DNA of 63,476 nucleotides, filler included, from Anaerolineae bacterium (GTDB lineage Bacteria; Chloroflexota; Anaerolineae; B4-G1; DUEL01): NCBI GenBank assembly GCA_041082215.1. It is 7 parts of 7 records of this genome, joined end to end, with 100 filler letters (N's around TTAATTAATTAA, not from the genome) between each part and the next. Parts side by side here need not be neighbours in the genome. Positions count along the whole stretch, not along the records: positions 59,335 to 60,950 come from JBDOIF010000125.1; positions 61,051 to 63,476 come from JBDOIF010000023.1; 5 more parts are not named here. One strand, 5' to 3'. Shown piece by piece: positions 59,574 to 63,476 of this stretch (position 1 is its first letter; each line of letters starts with the position of its first letter). The notes under the pieces were generated by a model. It saw only the letters and a program-made list of their open reading frames with translations, ran no database searches and was not told where the DNA came from. The position numbers and the translations under genes were made by a program.

Positions 59574-60934
59574 TGTTGAATCCTATAAAGTCGTACCGGT
59601 TCAAAGTCTCAAAAAGTCGTGCCGGTCAGGGCCTCCGCCAGGCCCAACTGTCGCCATCCGGCCATAGAAAGGGGAAGGGTCAACTGATAGGCGGGAACCG
59701 CTCGCAATGGGCTCAACTCTCCCATCAGGTCGGCTTTGGTCAACCCCCGAATGGGCAACCGAATGGGGCCTCCTCCCTTCTCCGGACAGCAAACCAACTC
59801 TTGCTTCTCCGGATCAAAGGTCACCTTCACTTGCTGGCCAGCGAAGGAAGGGCCCAGATAATAGGATTGACCACCCAGTACCATCTGCCCTTGCGAACTG
59901 ACCCGCCGAACCCAGCGGCCCTGGGCCAGGTACTCCCATACCCGGCGCATATCCAGCATCTCCTCTTCCCATTCCAACCGGTACGGCCGCCCCGAATGGC
60001 GGGCCTCCGGAAAGGCCGTCAATGGGGACTGACGCCCCAAACTCCGGCACGGGTACCGGGAGTTGAGAAACTCCCGTCGCTCATTCAGGGACTGCCAGAC
60101 CTCGGCCGGGTCTGCCCACGGCTCTCCGCAAAGAGCCTGCCGTTCTACCGTCTGATGCGTCCGCTCTACCCGGCTGTGGTCTCGCGGCGGTGGATGCTCA
60201 ATGAACGAGACTTCCACCCCCAGGCCGATCAGCCACAGGTGCAGCAGGGTGGGAAACGGAGAGGCCGAAGCGTTGTCGTAGAAAACGGTGTCGTGGTCCA
60301 GGGTCACCCGTTGCGGCAGGCCGTGCCGGAGAAAGCCGCGCCGCAGGGCCATCTGGTAGTCCAGTCGGCTGGGGTGAGAAACCTGCCAGCAGGGTGTGCT
60401 CTCCACCTTCAGGCGGCTGACCACATCCACAATGTTCACGATGCTCACCTTATGGCCCGAAGCGAGGTGGACAGCGCCCTGGGCATCCACTTCCCAGACC
60501 TCGTGGGGACGCTGAGGATGCCCGGCCTCCGGCTGGGGGAGCGGCTGCCGACGTTCATAGGGCCGGGTCAGCCCTTCCTGGCGGAGAAAGGCCGCGATAC
60601 GCGACCGGCTGGGCAACCGCCAGGACTCCGGCAGGTAGGCTTCTAACTCCAGGCGCAGGGTTTCCGGCCCCCAACCCGGATGCTCTTTGCGCAGTTGGCG
60701 AAGGGTCTCCCGGATTTCGGCCGGGAAGGAGCCCAATGCGCCGGAGGGGGGTCTGCCCATTGGGGGAGCTCGCTTCTCTTGCTCCTGGGCCTGATACCGG
60801 CGACGCCATTTGCGGACGGTCCAGACCGACCGTCCCATTGCGGCGGCAATAGCCGGGTCGGTTTCCCCGGCCTGGGCTCGCTCGGCAATTTCTATCCGTT
60901 CTTCCAGTGTGGTGCGTACTCCGCGCTGTCCCAT
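59574..60934 (-). mobile_element. IS481-like DDE transposase (CDS 59609-60934) and its right end
   Basis: HTH, HPGWG, WEVD...TLDHD...VER triad; TGT terminus at 59574 with subterminal repeats AAAGTCGTACC/AAAGTCGTGCC. Confidence 0.8.
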
Positions 60935-61110
60935 CGGGCACCTCCCTGGCNNNNNNNNNNNNNNNNNNNNNNNNNNNNNNNNNNNNNNNNNNNNTTAATT
61001 AATTAANNNNNNNNNNNNNNNNNNNNNNNNNNNNNNNNNNNNNNNNNNNNTATCGGAAAACGCAAGTTGACCTCGGCGTGGGCTTTCTGCAGATATGCTA
61101 CCTCCAGGCT

Positions 61111-62055
61111 CTACCTATCATCGGCGGCTGACCGACGTGTACACTTGCCCTCCAGCTCGAATTCGTAGGACCACGAGGGGTCGTTGTCGGGCAGACCGTT
61201 ATCGTTGAGCCAGACCCACTCCCCCATCATGAGAGCCAGCGGCTCTCCCTCTACCCACTGACCAAACTCAAAGTAGGCATCCGGATAGGTTCTACCCGGT
61301 AGAATCTTCAGCCCTGCGTTGTGGAGAGAGTAGATTCCAGCACTGGTGGTCAGCCTGGCTGGCTCCGTGGGGACCCACCCCCAGCGGGCTATCCGTTGGG
61401 AAAGATTGGTGGCCTCAAAGACCACCCGCGTCCTATCAAGGGTACGCGTGATAATCCATGGGCGAATCGCCAGGCCCTCATGCTCTTGGGTTGGTATATC
61501 GCATTCGTATATATCTACAAAGTTTGAATAATTGATGACCCACCTGTCATCATCCAGATGAGCCAATACCCATTGCAAGTCGTATGTGCCTTCCTGCAAC
61601 TGGCCGTTCTCCTTCCATGACTCCCGTGTCCATATGCGAGCCACTGCTATCCCCAAATCCGCCCGTTCGTTGACATCCACGATGCGATATTCCTTCAGCC
61701 TCCAGTCCCGCTCGAAAACAGCCTTTTCCAGCACCAGGACGATATCATCCCGGCTGACTCCTGCTGCATTGAGCGAGAAGTCCGAAAAGAGGCTCACTGC
61801 CTCCTCGAATTTCCCGTCCTTCAACGCATTATGGTAGGCGGAGAGCACTTCTTCCGGCGTGTTCGGCGATGCAACTGGAGCTTCGGCATCACCAACACTC
61901 AAATCAGCCCCTGTTTGGACCTGGACCACTGGGGTTTCCTCCGACCCCGGCGGTTGTTGAGCTGCCTCCATCCGATCTGCAGGCGCTCCTCCCCTACAGG
62001 CCAACACAGCCAGTGCAAGCACTGCGCCAGCAACAAGTGATGGTAACTTCTTCAT
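61111..62055 (-). CDS. Lipoprotein with an NTF2-like domain and a beta-rich domain
   Basis: VLAC lipobox; TPEEVLSAYHNALKDGKFEEAVSLFS helix typical of NTF2-like folds; lower GC than upstream genes. Confidence 0.7.
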   Translation of the reverse strand: MKKLPSLVAGAVLALAVLACRGGAPADRMEAAQQPPGSEETPVVQVQTGADLSVGDAEAPVASPNTPEEVLSAYHNALKDGKFEEAVSLFSDFSLNAAGVSRDDIVLVLEKAVFERDWRLKEYRIVDVNERADLGIAVARIWTRESWKENGQLQEGTYDLQWVLAHLDDDRWVINYSNFVDIYECDIPTQEHEGLAIRPWIITRTLDRTRVVFEATNLSQRIARWGWVPTEPARLTTSAGIYSLHNAGLKILPGRTYPDAYFEFGQWVEGEPLALMMGEWVWLNDNGLPDNDPSWSYEFELEGKCTRRSAADDR

Positions 62056-62122
62056 CTTTCTACCTCCAACAAGATGGGTTCTAGAGAAACGATGCAATCT
62101 GGGGGCGCAGTATGCTGCGTCC

Positions 62123-62572
62123 CTATTCTCCCTCCCTCTCCGCCCCGTGTGCCGCTTCTGCCACGCCCTGGACGGGACGGGTCAGGCGGGGGATGCCCAG
62201 GAAGGTCCGCAGGAACGGCGTCCGTATGCTCACCCGTCCCTCCACCAGCACCCGGTCCCGTCCCACCACGTACACCCCGTCCACCTGGAACGCCCCGCCG
62301 GTCAGGTCGTCGGCCACCTGCTGGGCGACCAGCGCCGCCTCCGGTCTCAGCCGCACCTCCCCCCACTGGGCCACGTAATCCACGTCCACCAGCTTCCCCG
62401 CCTCCTGCGCCGCCAGGTCCGCCGCGTTCTGCGCCACCGTCACCCCTGCCGCCACGTTCCCCAGGTCGTAGGCCACCCCCAGCGCCAGCAGCAGCACCGG
62501 CAGGACGACCAGGAACATCACGACGAAGGACTGACCGGTCTCCTCCACGTGGATCCGCTTCACCGTACCCAT
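62123..62572 (-). CDS. Tad/TadG-N-like pseudopilin
   Basis: GQS cleavage-like site, hydrophobic helix, YDLG...AQNAADLAA motif. Confidence 0.8.
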   Translation of the reverse strand: MGTVKRIHVEETGQSFVVMFLVVLPVLLLALGVAYDLGNVAAGVTVAQNAADLAAQEAGKLVDVDYVAQWGEVRLRPEAALVAQQVADDLTGGAFQVDGVYVVGRDRVLVEGRVSIRTPFLRTFLGIPRLTRPVQGVAEAAHGAEREGE

Positions 62573-62573
62573 C

Positions 62574-63005
62574 CTATTCCTCCCATCTGGCCTTGTACGG
62601 CTCGATGGAGAGCGCCACCCGCGCCCGCAGGGGCACGTAGCTTTTGGGGTAGAACCACCCGATCAAAGGCACGTCGGATACCCTCACGTTGTAGCCCGTC
62701 TCACAGACGAAGACCCGCCCCCGGCCCCACACGTCCTCGGTGTAGGCCCGCACCGCCAGCCCAGCCGGGTTGATGGCTGTCCCCTCGGCGGTCGGGGCGA
62801 CCGGCCCGGTCGCCCCTACCGCCGTCACCACCGCCTGGTCTATCCCCCGGCCTGCGGCCAGTGTCTCCACCCCGGCGCGGGCGCAGTTGCGGGCCGCCGC
62901 CACCACCAGCACCTTCACCGGCTGGACGTGGGAGACGAACATCGCCACGCCGAACAGGAACACCAGGAGCAGGAGCACCAGGATCAGCGGAACCAGGTCC
63001 TCCAC
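62574..63005 (-). CDS. TadE-like pseudopilin
   Basis: Hydrophobic N-terminal helix, AAARNCARAG motif; GAGGAGG RBS. Confidence 0.7.
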   Translation of the reverse strand: MEDLVPLILVLLLLVFLFGVAMFVSHVQPVKVLVVAAARNCARAGVETLAAGRGIDQAVVTAVGATGPVAPTAEGTAINPAGLAVRAYTEDVWGRGRVFVCETGYNVRVSDVPLIGWFYPKSYVPLRARVALSIEPYKARWEE

Positions 63006-63016
63006 CTTCGCCTCCT

Positions 63017-63397
63017 CTACTCAAACTCATCCGGCGGTCCGGGGTAGAAGTCCTCCAGGCGCTGGAAGGACCCGGCCCCCAGCGGGGCGGAACGTCCGAA
63101 GAAGGCACGCACCGCGCCCCGGATGACCACCCGCACCGACCGCCGCTGGGGTTCGACCGCCACCTCCACGACCTGGTGGGCCTGCTCCGGGGCGACTCCC
63201 CACCAGGCGTTGAGGTCGTTTCCGGCCTGGGCGTACCCCTGCTCCGGCCCCAGCGCCGCCCGTCCCGCCACCAGCGCCGCCTGGTGTGCGGCCAGCACCG
63301 CACCGGCCCGCTGGATGCCCAGGACGGAAACCAGCAGAGTGGCGATGACCACGACCCAGAAGAGCGGTTGACCGAGAATCCAGTCTACCCTTCCCAT
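63017..63397 (-). CDS. TadE-like pseudopilin or minor pilin
   Basis: Hydrophobic helix followed by AAHQAALVAG; co-transcribed with the two pseudopilin-like genes. Confidence 0.6.
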   Translation of the reverse strand: MGRVDWILGQPLFWVVVIATLLVSVLGIQRAGAVLAAHQAALVAGRAALGPEQGYAQAGNDLNAWWGVAPEQAHQVVEVAVEPQRRSVRVVIRGAVRAFFGRSAPLGAGSFQRLEDFYPGPPDEFE

Positions 63398-63476
63398 TCC
63401 TCACCTCTGACGGGAGGGGGTGGGGGCACTATTTGGGCGTAGCGATGCCTGGCCCCGCGCCCCCATCGCCCCCTGT

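Overview
The window is a concatenation of seven contig pieces joined by six artificial 100-bp linkers (N44-TTAATTAATTAA-N44), so adjacency across linkers has no biological meaning. The DNA is GC-rich and probably from a Chloroflexota/Anaerolineae-like genome (inference from gene families). Piece 1 (1-11657): core-like genes, including a PadR/HAAS-type membrane operon, MarR plus a heterodimeric ABC exporter, tRNA-Lys(UUU), a thioesterase, an MBL hydrolase, recR and ybaB. Piece 2 (11758-24514): an accessory operon with a Tad/Cpa pilus machine (cpaB, cpaE-like, cpaF, tadB, tadC). It is preceded by two hairpin-dense intergenic blocks and a 1154-aa HerA/VirB4-like ATPase. That ATPase carries a roughly 276-residue Ser/Thr/Gly-rich insert that is symmetric about one Pro-Gly turn and is amphipathic at both base and tip. 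I read it as a giant beta-hairpin that could build an envelope-spanning tube; this is the best candidate for an undescribed transfer system, and the structure is inferred, not shown. Piece 3: an IS110 recombinase with a structured upstream non-coding region (bridge-RNA candidate). Piece 4: membrane glycosyltransferases with short-repeat insertions. Piece 5: a broken GH51 gene, a multiheme cytochrome, peptide and sugar-acid uptake/catabolism clusters, a GH5-like protein, and Trypco1 plus a STAND ATPase. Piece 6: IS630 and IS481-like elements. Piece 7: three Tad pseudopilin-like genes and a lipoprotein. No CRISPR array or rRNA was seen.
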